From: Azolla caroliniana | Lineage: Eukaryota > Plantae > Polypodiophyta | DNA length: 64,000 nucleotides | Direction of reading: 5' to 3' | NCBI GenBank assembly: GCA_043228905.1 | Contig: JBHGNT010000008.1 | Coordinates: 13,082,001-13,146,000, forward strand | Shown here: positions 12,295 through 28,600 of the stretch, piece after piece | Numbering within the stretch: position 1 is the stretch's first letter | Layout: each line of letters opens with the position of its first letter | The notes under the pieces: generated by a model | Databases searched by the model: none | Told to the model about the DNA's origin: nothing | Seen by the model: the letters and a program-made list of their open reading frames with translations, nothing else | Position numbers and translations under genes: made by a program

Positions 12295-13597
12295 TTCTTT
12301 ATTCTTTGTTAACATTTGGGTATATTTTAAGGATATTCTGTTTAGTGCATATGCATCTACACGCTCCTAAGGCTATCATGACCTCAATTGTTTCTCTATA
12401 TTTCTCTAATTAGAAACCTACTAGGTCACCATTGAAGCTTGTGTAAGAAGACAATGGGCAACAGATATGATTAATCCAATGTCAATGTGAATAATGTAAA
12501 TGGGATTGAGTTCTCTTGTTCTATGACACCCCACTTGTTTGGATAAAATCTTGGCAATACAACTTTAGTTTCAAAAGAAGTAATTTATTTATTTGCACGT
12601 AATCTTACATCTTGATTGAATTTGTAGTTTGACTATAGTTTAAACTTTATTCTACTAATGATGTCGTATCGTGGCGTACCTTTGTGCCACCTTTTGAACA
12701 AGTGCGAAGCTTCATGTTGTGGTGTACCTTTGTTCCTTTGTGCCACCTTTTTAACAAGCATGAATGCATGCATTAGTTGGTAGCCAAACCAACCCAAATG
12801 GGTCTCTATATCAACTAAAAATTAAGCAAGAAGTAAGAAGCAAGACGATCTAGTTTGGATCCTATCTATGTGCATCTCAAATATTGGTGGAGATGCGGGG
12901 TAGTCGGTGATGGTCGCTAGCTACCTTAGTAGGGTACATATGCAATTCATCTAATCTCACTCTTTTATAACTCCTTTCTTAATCTCATTCATTTATTGCT
13001 CTTCTTACACCATTGCTTACCTTTTAGATCCTCCTTGTCTTGTAACCCCTTCCCTTGTCTCATTAATTTGTAACTACTGTGTACCTTCATAGTGCTTCCT
13101 CATGTAATCCCCCCTTCAATGTCATATATCCTTGTAGCTTATTGTTTTTGTTCTAACTCCTCTTATCACGTTGCATACCCGTGTAACTCCTTCCTTGCTA
13201 TCGGCCTTCTATTGCAAATCCTCCTCCTCAATTTCCTATGTTTTTCCTTGGGGTGTACCGTGAACCCTGCTTTTCTTGCTTTGGCATTGGACATGACCTT
13301 GACCTTGTATGCAGTCCTTCATAAAAAATGGGTGATGGTTTTAAAATATCCAATAACAAGATGTATATTTTCTATCATAAACCCATAATACAAATCTTAC
13401 CCATAATGGCAAAAGAGTTGCTAGGGATCATCACAAATATGTGTACACAATTGACTCTAATGAAATAAGTAGCGTGCATTCCACACACATGAGACAAATC
13501 AATCATTGCTCTCTTTAATTGATTGAGGATACTAAATGTTAAAATGAAATGTACACAAGAATGAGGGGCTATCACTACAATCCTAACACCTTGTAGT

Positions 13598-13599
<2 letters not shown>

Positions 13600-13668
<69 letters not shown>

Positions 13669-13712
13669 CACCCCCCATACATACATACATACATACATAC
13701 ATACATACATAC
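13600..13712. repeat. Compound microsatellite (TC)n followed by (ATAC)n
   Basis: Direct reading. Confidence 0.95.
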
Positions 13713-14710
13713 ACTCACATACATACATGCATGCATAATACATACAATAACCATTTAGTTAAGTGCGTATCCATTTTAGTGCACTTTTTTGGGAGGCCAA
13801 AATCCAAATAAAAAATTTACATTGTTTCATGACAAACTTATATCAAACCACATTGAATTTGTGCTACAAACATAAAAAACAATGATATCGCCAACAAAAA
13901 TTGGAATTGAAACTATGATAGAGGATTGGAATATTCCTACTGGTCCTAACTTGACCCTTCTCACTATTGTTGGGGTCAAGGATCCTTGCTGACCTGAAGC
14001 ATGCGACAACGTGAAGCATTGCCAAGTAGTTAGCATCAAGGTATGAACAATGAATTTGATCATGGACATGTTGAAAGTGCCAGAGATAAGTCCACTACTA
14101 ATATTTTGAACATGCCCCCAATCATGTGGTAAGTGCCCAATGATAACCTATTGCAAAGCAGCCCACCAATAATCTTATGCACATGGCCCTAATTGGGTGG
14201 AAAGAGCCCCTCATCTCTAATGTCATCTGGAGGAACATCTCCTTCTAGACCTTGTATCGGTTTGTCATTCTCCTAACCCTTTAGTTCAAGGACGAGAAGA
14301 TGATGAGGTTGTCTGATGTACGAAATGCCTCTGATATCAACAAGATTGTCATATTCAACCCTAAGGGCACACTTTTTTCCCAAGATCAAGGTGTGCACTT
14401 AACTGAATGTTTATCGTTCGTACATACAAACAGACAAACATGCAAGCATGCATGCATAAGTGTGTGCATGTGTTGTCATTGTATGGCACTTGGATAGCCA
14501 TGATAGATTGATTACACTCACACATAGCCACTCTCTCCGCCTCGACCAATTCCCCATGATTGATCGACTATGTGTACACCATGATTCCATGGTCTTGTGT
14601 GATTTGTATTCTCTACTCTGACTAATGTGTGTGTGAGTGAGTGGGGTCCAATCTCCACTCAAACTCACACTCTCCTCTCCAATAAAAAAACTCAAATCAA
14701 AGAAAGCGAC

Positions 14711-14829
14711 AAGAAGAAGAAGAAGAAGAAGAAGAAGTGTCATTATTGTGGGCACATTCATTCATATATGTATGTATTATGTACATATATAGTACATACA
14801 TACATACATACATACATACATACATACAT
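14711..14829. repeat. (AAG)9 and (CATA)n microsatellites in the ADK promoter/5' leader
   Basis: AAG run 14711-14737; CATA run about 14795-14829. Confidence 0.9.
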
Positions 14830-14906
14830 AAAGCACTCACTGCAAGGGTTTCTCTGCACTTCTCTTCACTTCTCCATTTGCTCAGCATATCTCCACTCCA
14901 GCTGCT

Positions 14907-18856
<3,950 letters not shown>

Positions 18857-19689
18857 ATAAGATGTGCTTTAAAGTAAGTGTTAATGAATTCTGTCATGTA
18901 TTGCTTGCTATGCATACAAATACTCTTGGTCAATATGTGAGTCATTCTTTTCAAGCTCAACGTGGAACAATTTTGCAGTCTGCAATTCAAAATTGGTTGC
19001 TTTATTTGATCATGTTTTGGGTAGGATAATGATTGAATTATAGGATTAGTTTGTTTGTTATACAACGTTATAGGTTATTCAAAAACTTGTACGTTTATTA
19101 TATGTATGTATATTGTGTGATATTTGTATCACATGTATGCATATTGTGTGTATACACATGTTTACTGTGTCTAGATTGTTAGCTATCAGAAATGTGTCAC
19201 TCTATTTCAATGTAATATGCAATTTGTGGTAGGTCCTCAAGAGTCTACATGTGATTGTAGTTTCTCTTGGTCTTTCTTGTAGAAATGATTTATAACTCAA
19301 TATTGATATTAAAAAAATAAAATGTACATTGCAATAAGACAGCTGCGAACAAGAATTTATCTTGGTTTTGTTGGATTCCTATGCCAATTCTTAGAGCAGT
19401 GTGAAATTTCAATTTTTGGTGTTTGCTCCTAGAATGGGTACTAGTTACGGATATTTATGGCCAGATGAAGTGACATTTAGTATGATTATTTGGTCCTCAG
19501 ATGAAGTGACATTTAGTATGATTATGTATTTGGTCCTCTCACGAAAGCTGCAAAAAACTACACCTTGCTTTGAAATACGTGAACAAATTTTTGAACTAGG
19601 ACGTTTGAACTACCATGGTCATTGGTCAACATTTGTAGAAGTCTTCTTAGTTGTAACTTGTAATAAAACCTTGAGCCACGAAATCATTG

Positions 19690-21230
19690 ATGAAGTGTAT
19701 CTTGACATCAATGTGTTTGGTCAGTTTGATTTTAAGTCAAATGTTGGCATCATGATTGTTATAGTAAACTAATCATATATCCAAATGTATTCCCAATTCA
19801 CCCCAACCAGGCTTGAAATCCAAATATCTTCATTTATTGCTTTTCTAGTTGCAATATATTGTCTTAAGATCCAACAAAAAAGCAACATTCTATTTCAACA
19901 TTGTCTTTTCTAGGTAGTAGTACATCCAATTAGAGTGAAGATGTATTAGGCTTTGTCTTGTATAAATCATCAGCGTAATTTAAATCCACATTTGACAACA
20001 CTTCTAATGGCATCTCTATGTTTCTTATAAACCAAGTTGAGATTGTAAAATCCATTTCACTTCTTGCTGTCAAACTCTTTTGGGATTTCCATGTCTCTGC
20101 ATTTCAAATTCATAATGTATGCAATAGAAGCTTTAGTACACAAGATGGCATACATGTGACTCCCCCCATGAGGAACATGTGAAATTTGCTTCAGCCTCTT
20201 AATTTGTGGTAGCAATGCCATTGGAAATTTGAAATGTGTTGTACTAATGGATTTTGAGTTTTGTATACCAAAATATTGTAATACTACTACTTCAATGCGT
20301 TTTAACTTTAATAGAAAGCATGACAACTCTTCCCATTCTTGTATTTTTTTGCAATACTTGAATCTTTCAACTCAAATTCCCCATTTACCTAAGCTTTTAA
20401 ATGATTGATCTCTTACATTCCTACAAGCAATCAACATGTCATTAGTATATAGAAACAAATAAATGAATGCATCCATTAGGTTCTCGTAATATACACAACT
20501 ATCATGCTCATCCCTCAAGAAGCCATTCCCAAGCATAAAGGTCTCAAATATCTTGAACTATGTTTCAAGATGTACAAATGTTTCTTTAAGAAACAACCAT
20601 AATCTTATTTACTTCAAATTTCAAACCCAGGCTGCGTCCTATAAATTCTTTTTTCAAGCTCACCATGCAAAAAAGTTGTTTTGACATCTGCTTGCTTGAG
20701 CTCTAGATTGAAAAGAGTTGTGATGGCTAGTAAGGTTTCTCTAATAAACAACCATGATCTTATTTGCTTCAAACTTCAAACCCTTTAGGCTATTTCTTGT
20801 AAATCCTCAAGCTCACCATGCAAAAAAGTTGTTTTGACATCTGGTTGATTGAGCTCTAGATTGAAAAGAGTTATGATGGCTAGTAAACTTTCTCTAATAA
20901 ACAACCATGATCTTATTTACTTCAAAACCTTTAGGTCGTTTCTTGTAAATTCTTTCTTCAAGCTCATGCAAGAAAGTTGTTTGAAATCTTGGTTGCTTGA
21001 GCTCTAGATTGAAAATAGTTGTGATGGCTAGTAAAGTATGTAGTGCTATGTCTCACCACTTTATAGTACTTTGTCAAAGTCAATACCTTCTCTTTCTGTA
21101 AAGCCCTTTGCCACTAATGCATCTCCAAATTCTTGCTTCTTCAATGCTCAAGATTTCCTTTTTCTACTTGATGAGCCACATACTTCCAACAATTTTTTGA
21201 TTCCTTGGTTTTTCTATGTAAGCTCATTAA
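19690..21230 (-). pseudogene. Highly decayed copia RT/RNase H remnant with an internal triplication of about 155 bp
   Basis: Reverse-complement TKHIDV (about 19700-19720) and MYAILCTKASIAY (ORF 20057-20326). VKTTFLHGEL-like block repeated three times between about 20590 and 21035. Confidence 0.7.
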
Positions 21231-24200
21231 TGTAAAGCAAATAAAATTTGATGAAAGTATATGAACAATTATGCGGAAGAATGTGTATGAGGACCTTCAA
21301 GAGATGTACAACAAACAACTCAGATATGAAGCAAGAAGAGAGAGATAGAAGATGGACACGGTTTTGAGCTTCAATGGAAGTTCTTATTTTCTTACTCTAT
21401 AACTCTTACACTTCGAGTATTCCTCTTCTTCTTACAATGTTAGGTTTGAGCAATATATACTCAGGCCCTAACTTGAAGACGTGTTCACACTAAGGATATA
21501 AAGTGGAAGGAGTCGGCCTTTTATGCCAACAAATTCCCCTATAAAAGGACTACTCTTTCTACATACAATGACATGGGGTTATCTCCCTCGTAAACCTAGA
21601 TTACAATTTTAATCTAAAGTTATAATTACAAGTTGGTTAGCATATGGCCGAATCGGTAGAGGTACAGTCGAGATCTAGGCTAATTCGACTAGTTGTTCGG
21701 ATCGTATGCTATCCGGGTCGGCTTGTCTGAGTAGGTCGGATCGACTTGTTCGAATCGTTTTGTGTTCCGCTCGTGCTTGCTCCTGTGTTCCTTGTTGGAC
21801 CCTCGATCTATCTTCAGGTTCATTCTCCCTTCGATCGTCTCTTCTCTAGTCAGCATCCTTGCTAAGTGATGCATCTTCAGCCTCTTGGCATTCCGATTCT
21901 ATAGACTTTGCCTTTTCGGCTCATCTGAATGGGCCAATCTTCGACTTACCTTCTATTCCTTGTTTGACACTCTTCTGCTCGGTCGCTTGTCGTAGTCCTA
22001 TCCTTGTCCTTGGTGCTCCGAAGAGTTGTTCTGGGAGTGACTTCGTCAGGCAATCAACAATGTTCACCTTGGTGTCGATCTTCTGGACTTCAAGCTTCTT
22101 CTCTATTATGAGCTCCCGGATATTATGAAACCACACCTCAATGTGTTTCGTCTTTGCATGATAGACTGGGTTCTGAATGAGGTGTATTGCACTCTATGAG
22201 TCGTAATAGATGGTCGGCGCTGGATGGTTGATTCAGCTTGTAGCCGAAAAATCAACGGATAGTTGGTACAACGAGATTGCTTCCTTCCCTGCCTTTGATG
22301 TTGCTATGTACTCGACCTCTATGGTAGACAGGGCCATGCATTCTTGAAGCTTTGACCTCCTTGATATGGCGGTGCCGCCATAGGTGAAGATATAACCTGA
22401 TGTCGACTTCCGATTATTCGTATTTGTGGCAAAGTCGGAGTTAGTATAGCCTTTGACTTCGGACGGGTTTGCCGATCCAAAGGTCAGTTGTACATCTTTG
22501 GTTCCTCTTAGATACATGAAGATGTGCTTGACGGCCTCCCAATGCTTCCGTCCTGGGTTTGACATGTACCGGCTGACGACCTCTATGGCATATGCAAGGT
22601 CGGGTTGAGTTGCCACCATAGCGTACATGATACTTCCTATGGTCGATGCATATTGTATCTTCCTATTGAGCTCTCTCTCCTCATCTATCAAAGGAGAGTC
22701 TATGTCCAATAGTTGGATTGATGTTCAAAGTAGAGTTGATGTTGGCTTCGCGTTCTCCATGTTGAAGCGCTTCAACACCTTTCGGATGTAGTTGGACTGG
22801 GAGTGTCGGGAGAGTCTTTGTCTTCCGATTGCACTCGATCCTCATGCCCAATATGTGTCGGGCGTGCCCTAGTTCCTTCATCGCAAACTTGTCGTGAAGG
22901 CTCCGCTTTAGCTTTCCGATCTTAGCTCGATTGCTCCCTGCAATGAGCATGTCATCGACATATAAGATTAGATAGATCCTGGATTCGTCGGCTAGTTTCC
23001 GAATATACATGCATGGGTCGGAGTCGGATTGGTGGTAGCCAAGCTGCCTAATGTAGGAGTCGAACTTCTGGTACCACATCCAAGGCGCTTGTTTTAAGCC
23101 GTAAAGGCTTTTCTTTAGTCGACATACGAGGTGACCTTCCTCCCCCGTCGTCGTGAAGCTGGCTGATTGAGACATATAGATGTCTTCTTCCAAGTCTCCA
23201 TGGAGGAATGTCGTCTTAATGTCCAACTACTCAAGCTCGAGGTCTTCAATCGCCACTACCCCAAGTAGGAGCCGAAGGGTGGTAATCTTGACTACTGGTG
23301 AGAATATCTCGTCATAGTTGACCCAATGTTCTTATTTGAATCCCTTTGCAACGAGCCGAGCTTTATATTTGGGCTTCTCCGAATTGGATACATATTTGTA
23401 TCTGAAGACCCATTTTTAAGGTTGCGGTTTCCTTCCAGCTGGTAATTCGACCAACACCCATGTTTTATTCCGATGAATCGATTCCATCTCAGATTTCATG
23501 GCTTGTAGCCATGTGTAGGTGTCTGGTGCGATTGTGGCTTCCTTGTTGGAGCTTAGTTCACCTGTGTTTGTGTAATTGACGTAGTCGGGGCCCAGTTGAT
23601 AAAACATTGTTGGCCTTCAGACTCAATTGGATCTCCTGGGTGCCGATTTTGTTGGTTCGATATCTTCAATAAGCTCGGTTGGCTGATTGGTATTATTTGA
23701 ACCGTCTTTAGGAATCCTGTTCAATGACTCGCCCCTGTAATAGGATTTCGGCATTTGTGCCTTGGCCGGTTTGGCTCGGTCTTTTCACACTATAGCCAAT
23801 TTGGGTGATTTGGACATATTAACTCTATCGTTTTTGCCTCTTGTCAATCTCATAGTCGAATCAATTTCGACTAGTGGACATCTTGTCGATTTGGATTCAG
23901 CAGAGTGATCGTTGGCTTGGCTTTCTTTGACGGTTAGTCAAATCGCCAGTGCGGCCCAGTGGGTCGTCCTTTCATGACATCTTTGTTGATTTTGAAGGAA
24001 ACTTTTTTGTTGACTATTTTCTGTTGGTTCTGCACAGAGAGAATCAAGTCTTCATTGAAGACTACATCACTACTTGGGATCAATTTCTGGTCTTCTGGGT
24101 CCCACAACCTGTAACCGAATTCCCCATTGGTTCCATAACCGAGAAATATGCATTTTGTTGCATGGGGTGCCAACTTGGTCCTCTTCTCCTTGGGGATGAT

Positions 24201-25048
24201 TGCATAGGCTTCGCATCTGAATATACGAAGTCTGTCATAGGTCGGTTGTTTGCTTGACCATAGTGCGTGTGGCACTTTGAGCCTCACTGCCCTTGACGTT
24301 GATAGATTTATCAAATAGATTACCGTTTGTAATGCCTCGGCCCAGAATTCTAGCTTTAGTCTGTCACCCTCTCTTGAATCGTCCAGTTGATCCGTTCCAC
24401 CACGTCATTATGCATGGATGTGTATGGAACAATCTTTTGGTGTCGGATCCCCTTTTTTGGACAGGTACTGTTTGAAGGCTCGAGAGGTGTAGTTCCCTCC
24501 GTTGTCGAATCAGAGTGTCTTCACTCTATATCCTAACCGGTTCTCCACTTCGGTTATCCACCAAGTAAAGACCTTGAGTGCTTCGTCTTTCGACCTAATC
24601 AAGTAGGCCCAGATCTTCCATGTAAAATCATCTACAAATGTGATGAAGTATAGGGAGCCTCCTCATGATCGCTCGGGCATAGGCTCACATATATCTGTGT
24701 GCACGAGCTCTAGGGGTTGTCGTACCGTCTCGTAGTGGAGAGAGTGGGGACTTCGGGTCTGTTTCCCATAGCGAAAATTCTCATAGAAGTCTGTCTTTGT
24801 CTGGAGCTTCGGGATGTAGCCGATCGCCATCAACCGGTCTAGTTCGGCTTGAAACATATGGCCAAGTCGGCCATGCCATAAGTCTGAGTCCCGCGATTCG
24901 GCTATGTTCACTGCCCCTTTTGGACTGATCGCCATTAGTGGGTACAAGTTATTGTACTTGTATCCATTCCCGATTTTTAGATTTCCTCGGTTGATCATCC
25001 ATGTCGAATCACTGAGAGTCATTATGTACTCGTCTTCTTCTAACATGT
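21231..25048 (-). mobile_element. Decayed copia element D (3' LTR, RNase H, RT, IN); 5' part cut off by insertion E
   Basis: Probable LTR 21231-21531 (TG..CA) followed by PPT (rc AGGGGGAATT). Frameshifted ORFs with YASTIGSIMYAM, ILYVDDML, KCIFLGY, WHGRLGH and VHTDI. Confidence 0.8.
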
Positions 25049-25518
25049 TGTTGGGGTCGAGACCGGCCACAACCAGTTGTACTTCGAATGTTCGGGTGTA
25101 AAGAATCAGTATAGATAATACATAGACAGATAAACGAGAAAGAAAAAAGATCAGTACAGAGACACAAGATGTTTTACGTGGAAAACCTGAAAGGGAAAAA
25201 CCATAGGGGTCCACTATGATAGAGAAGTAGTACAATAAGAATCTCGGAGGCAATGACTGTCAGGAATAGTACTAAAACAGAGATGGAATTAGTACTAACA
25301 AGAGAAGTACTATTAGTACTAAGAAGACGGGACTGCATGAGATTCCCGAGAGAGGAAGTGAGAAGAGGAGAGAGAGAGAGAAAGATAATGACAACAGCTA
25401 ATATATTATGTGAAAAGATAAGTACAAAGCGGCTAAGAGGCTTAAGACTGGTGTTGAACCAATTTGGTTCAATATAATGTCTAGTGCCTTCTTTTATAGT
25501 GTTTTCAGGAGTAATCCT

Positions 25519-25536
25519 GAAACTTCTAGAATGTTC
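25519..25536. promoter_or_regulatory. 4-unit heat-shock element in the chromovirus LTR (also 30239-30256 and 50919-50936; 3-unit at 56140-56157)
   Basis: GAAacTTCtaGAAtgTTC, 20 nt upstream of the minus-strand TATAAAA at 25492-25498. Confidence 0.7.
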
Positions 25537-25605
25537 CAGAGAAATCTGGAATATACATTACTTTCTTATAATAAAACATAAATGAAAATAATATCTTATG
25601 AATTA

Positions 25606-25678
25606 CAATAGATGGTGTGATGGTAAGAGCTCGACCCATATACCATAAGGTAATGGGTTCGAGTCTTGCCATATCATG
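25606..25678 (+). promoter_or_regulatory. tRNA-like Pol III A-box/B-box module at the LTR end (also about 30326-30398, 51005-51078, 56226-56299)
   Basis: A box TGGTGTGATGG, TAGTCTAATGG or TAGTGTAATGG, with B box GGTTCGAGTC starting 43-44 nt later, the spacing of an intronless tRNA. Acceptor and T stems are poor. Confidence 0.6.
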
Positions 25679-28600
25679 ACACTATCTCCCCCTTAAAGAC
25701 GACGAGTGGAACGAGTCGGTGCTGATTGCGGACCGAGTTTGTCCGGATACTTTCGGTGGAAATCAGCAAGTAGATCCTGAGCATTGACAACATGCTCGAC
25801 GGGTTCCCAAGTGCGTTCGCTCGGACTATAACCAAGCCAATCGACCAAATAATAAAGTTTGTTGCGAATAAGTTTGGAATCGAGGATGGCAGCAACTTCA
25901 TACTCCGGGCCGACGTCCAACTCGAGCGGGGGCGGTGGTGGTGTAACACGATCGGGAATGGTGTTGGCTTTATAAGGTTCAAGAAGAGAACAATGGAAAA
26001 CTGGATGTATCTGAAGCTGCGGAGGGAGATCAAGGCGGAATGTGACATCATTAACCTTACCCGTAATACGGAAAGGACCGAGTCGTCGATAATCCAACTT
26101 GTCACACGGTCGAGTAGTCTTGATGTGACAACGTAAGAGCCATACTTGATCTCCGATGGCAAAAGAGGAGGGAAGCCGATGACGATCCGCCTAAGACTTT
26201 TGTGTCTGTTGAGCATGACGAAGATGAGTCGAGAGATCTGTCTGGATCTTGCGTAGTCTCTCCAAATGATCCCCAGCACGAGGATTGGTAGGTAGTTCCG
26301 GGGTGTCGATCACCGAACAACGAGGATGAGAACCGGTATAAGCGTAGAATGGGGAGACTCGAGTCGAGGAGTGAACAACATTATTATACGCAAACTCCGC
26401 AAAGTGGAGAATCTCGGCCCAATCGTCCTGTTGATAACTCAGGAAACACCGGAGATATTGCTCCAGCGTTTGGTTTGTTCGTTCCGCCTGCCCATCGGTC
26501 TGAGGATGGTAGCCGGAGGAGAGGTTGCAAGAGACCTTGAGCATCTTGAAGAGATGCTGCCAAAATTTGGAGACAAATTGCGGTCCTCGGTCACTGATGA
26601 TACTGTCTGGGAGGCCATGATGCCGAAATACCTCACGTATGACTAGGGCGGCGGTTTCCTCGCTAGTGATGGCCTTAGTACACGGAACGAAATGTGCCAT
26701 CTTCGTATATCGATCGACAACGGTTAAGATAGCATCGAACCCCTGCGAGACCGGTAGATCTGTGATAAAATCAAGACAAATAGACTGCCACGGCTTACTT
26801 GGAATCGGTAAGGGTTCCAACAAGCCATATGGATGGTGTCGTGTTCTCGGCAGCAAGCATCACAGGTCCGAACGTAGTCGTCAACAAAACGGCGCATGTG
26901 GGGCCACCAAAAAGATCGCTGCACTAGCTCCAACGTCTTAGTACTACCGAAATGTCCCGCTGTATGGGTGTCGTGACAATGCTGGACGATTTGAAGGCGA
27001 CAGGAGCAATCGGGGACATATATGCGCTTTTTAAAGAATAACAAACCATTATGATATTCGAATTGTCGGTAGTCAATACCTGGTTGTTGAGACTGAGAAC
27101 AGGATGGCCGAGAAGTATCAATGTGCGCCAGGATGTCTTGACCAAAGCTATCTGTCTTCAAGTTTGCACGTATGTCATCGGTAATCCGTGAATCCATCGG
27201 GGTGTGAAAAATCCGTGTCGTGTGCAATCGTGTTGGTCCCAAGATTACTTGCTTTTGATTATCAAATGTTGGATCACCAGGACGAGGTGCAAGATACGAA
27301 CGCCGTGATAGTGCGTCTGCTTTTCCTTGCTGCTTCCCCGGTCGATATGTGATTTTGAAGTCGAAATGCGTGAGGAATTGCGCCCATCGAGCTTGTCGTC
27401 GATTTAGTACGCGAGCATTCTGGAAATAAGCAAGATTTTTATGATCACTAAAGACAATGACCTGATGTGGAGAGCCCTCTAAGAAATGCCGCCATTGCAC
27501 AAATGAATCCATGATGGCTAATAACTCCTTGTCATGTATTTCGTAGTTGATTTCTGCGACATCGAATTTGCGCGAATGGAAAGCCACCGGATGCAACTCT
27601 TCTTTATCTCCTTGTTGAGAAAGGATGCTACCGAGAGCGAAATCTGAAGCGTCGGCCTCCATGGCGAATGGTTTGCTGGTATCCACATGAGCTAGAATCG
27701 ATGCTGATGTAAAGGCTTTCTTAAGATGCCGAAAAGCCATATCTGCTTCAATGGACCAAAGAAATGCTTGGCCCTTCTTCGTAAGTTGTGTGAGGGTTAA
27801 AATAATCTTCGAGTAATCCTGTATAAACTTACGGTAGAAGTTAGAAAAACCTAGAAAACATTGTACATCTCGTACCGACCGTGGAATTTGCCACTCTAGT
27901 ACAGTTTGGACTTTAGCTGGATCCATGGCGATGCCCTTTGAGGAGATGACGTAGCCTAGAAATTCCACTTGCTTGCAGTCAAAGCTACATTTTTCTAGCT
28001 TGGCATAAAGACCATTCTCGCGGAGTCATTTTAGTACTAATAGTACATGAGAATCGTGCTCTTGCTGGGTCTTCGAATAAATCAATAGATCATCTAGATA
28101 GATGATCAAACAGATATCCAAGAGGTCTATGAATATATCATTTGCCATGTGTTGGAAGATTGCAGGTGCATTGGTTAAGCTGAACGGCATAACAGTATAC
28201 TCGAAATGCCCATATCGCGTGCGAAAGGCGGTCTTCCATTCATCTCCCGGTCGGATCCGCACGAGGTTATACGCTCCTCGTAGATCGATTTTGGTAAAAA
28301 ACTTGGCACCATTAACTCGCTCCAAAAGACTTGATATAAGAGGAAGTGCATACCTATTCCGGATGGTGACCTTATTCAATCCGTGGTAATCAACGACGAG
28401 ATGAAGTGAGCCATCTTTCTTCTTGACAAAGAAGATGGGTGCACCGGCCGGAGATTTCGAATGACGGATGAATCCGCTTGCCAAGTTCTCCTCTATGTAG
28501 GCTCGAAGGACTTCTAACTCGGTGGGTGACAAGTTGTAAATTGGTCCCCATGGTGGCTCGGTCCCTGGTTGTAAATCGATGGGACAGTCATAGGGACGAT

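Noticed and set aside
13571-13600. CACTACAA...TTGTAGTG resembling a mini CACTA element
   Set aside because: Only 26 bp, and the 3-bp flanks (TAT/ATC) do not match; treated as a simple hairpin.
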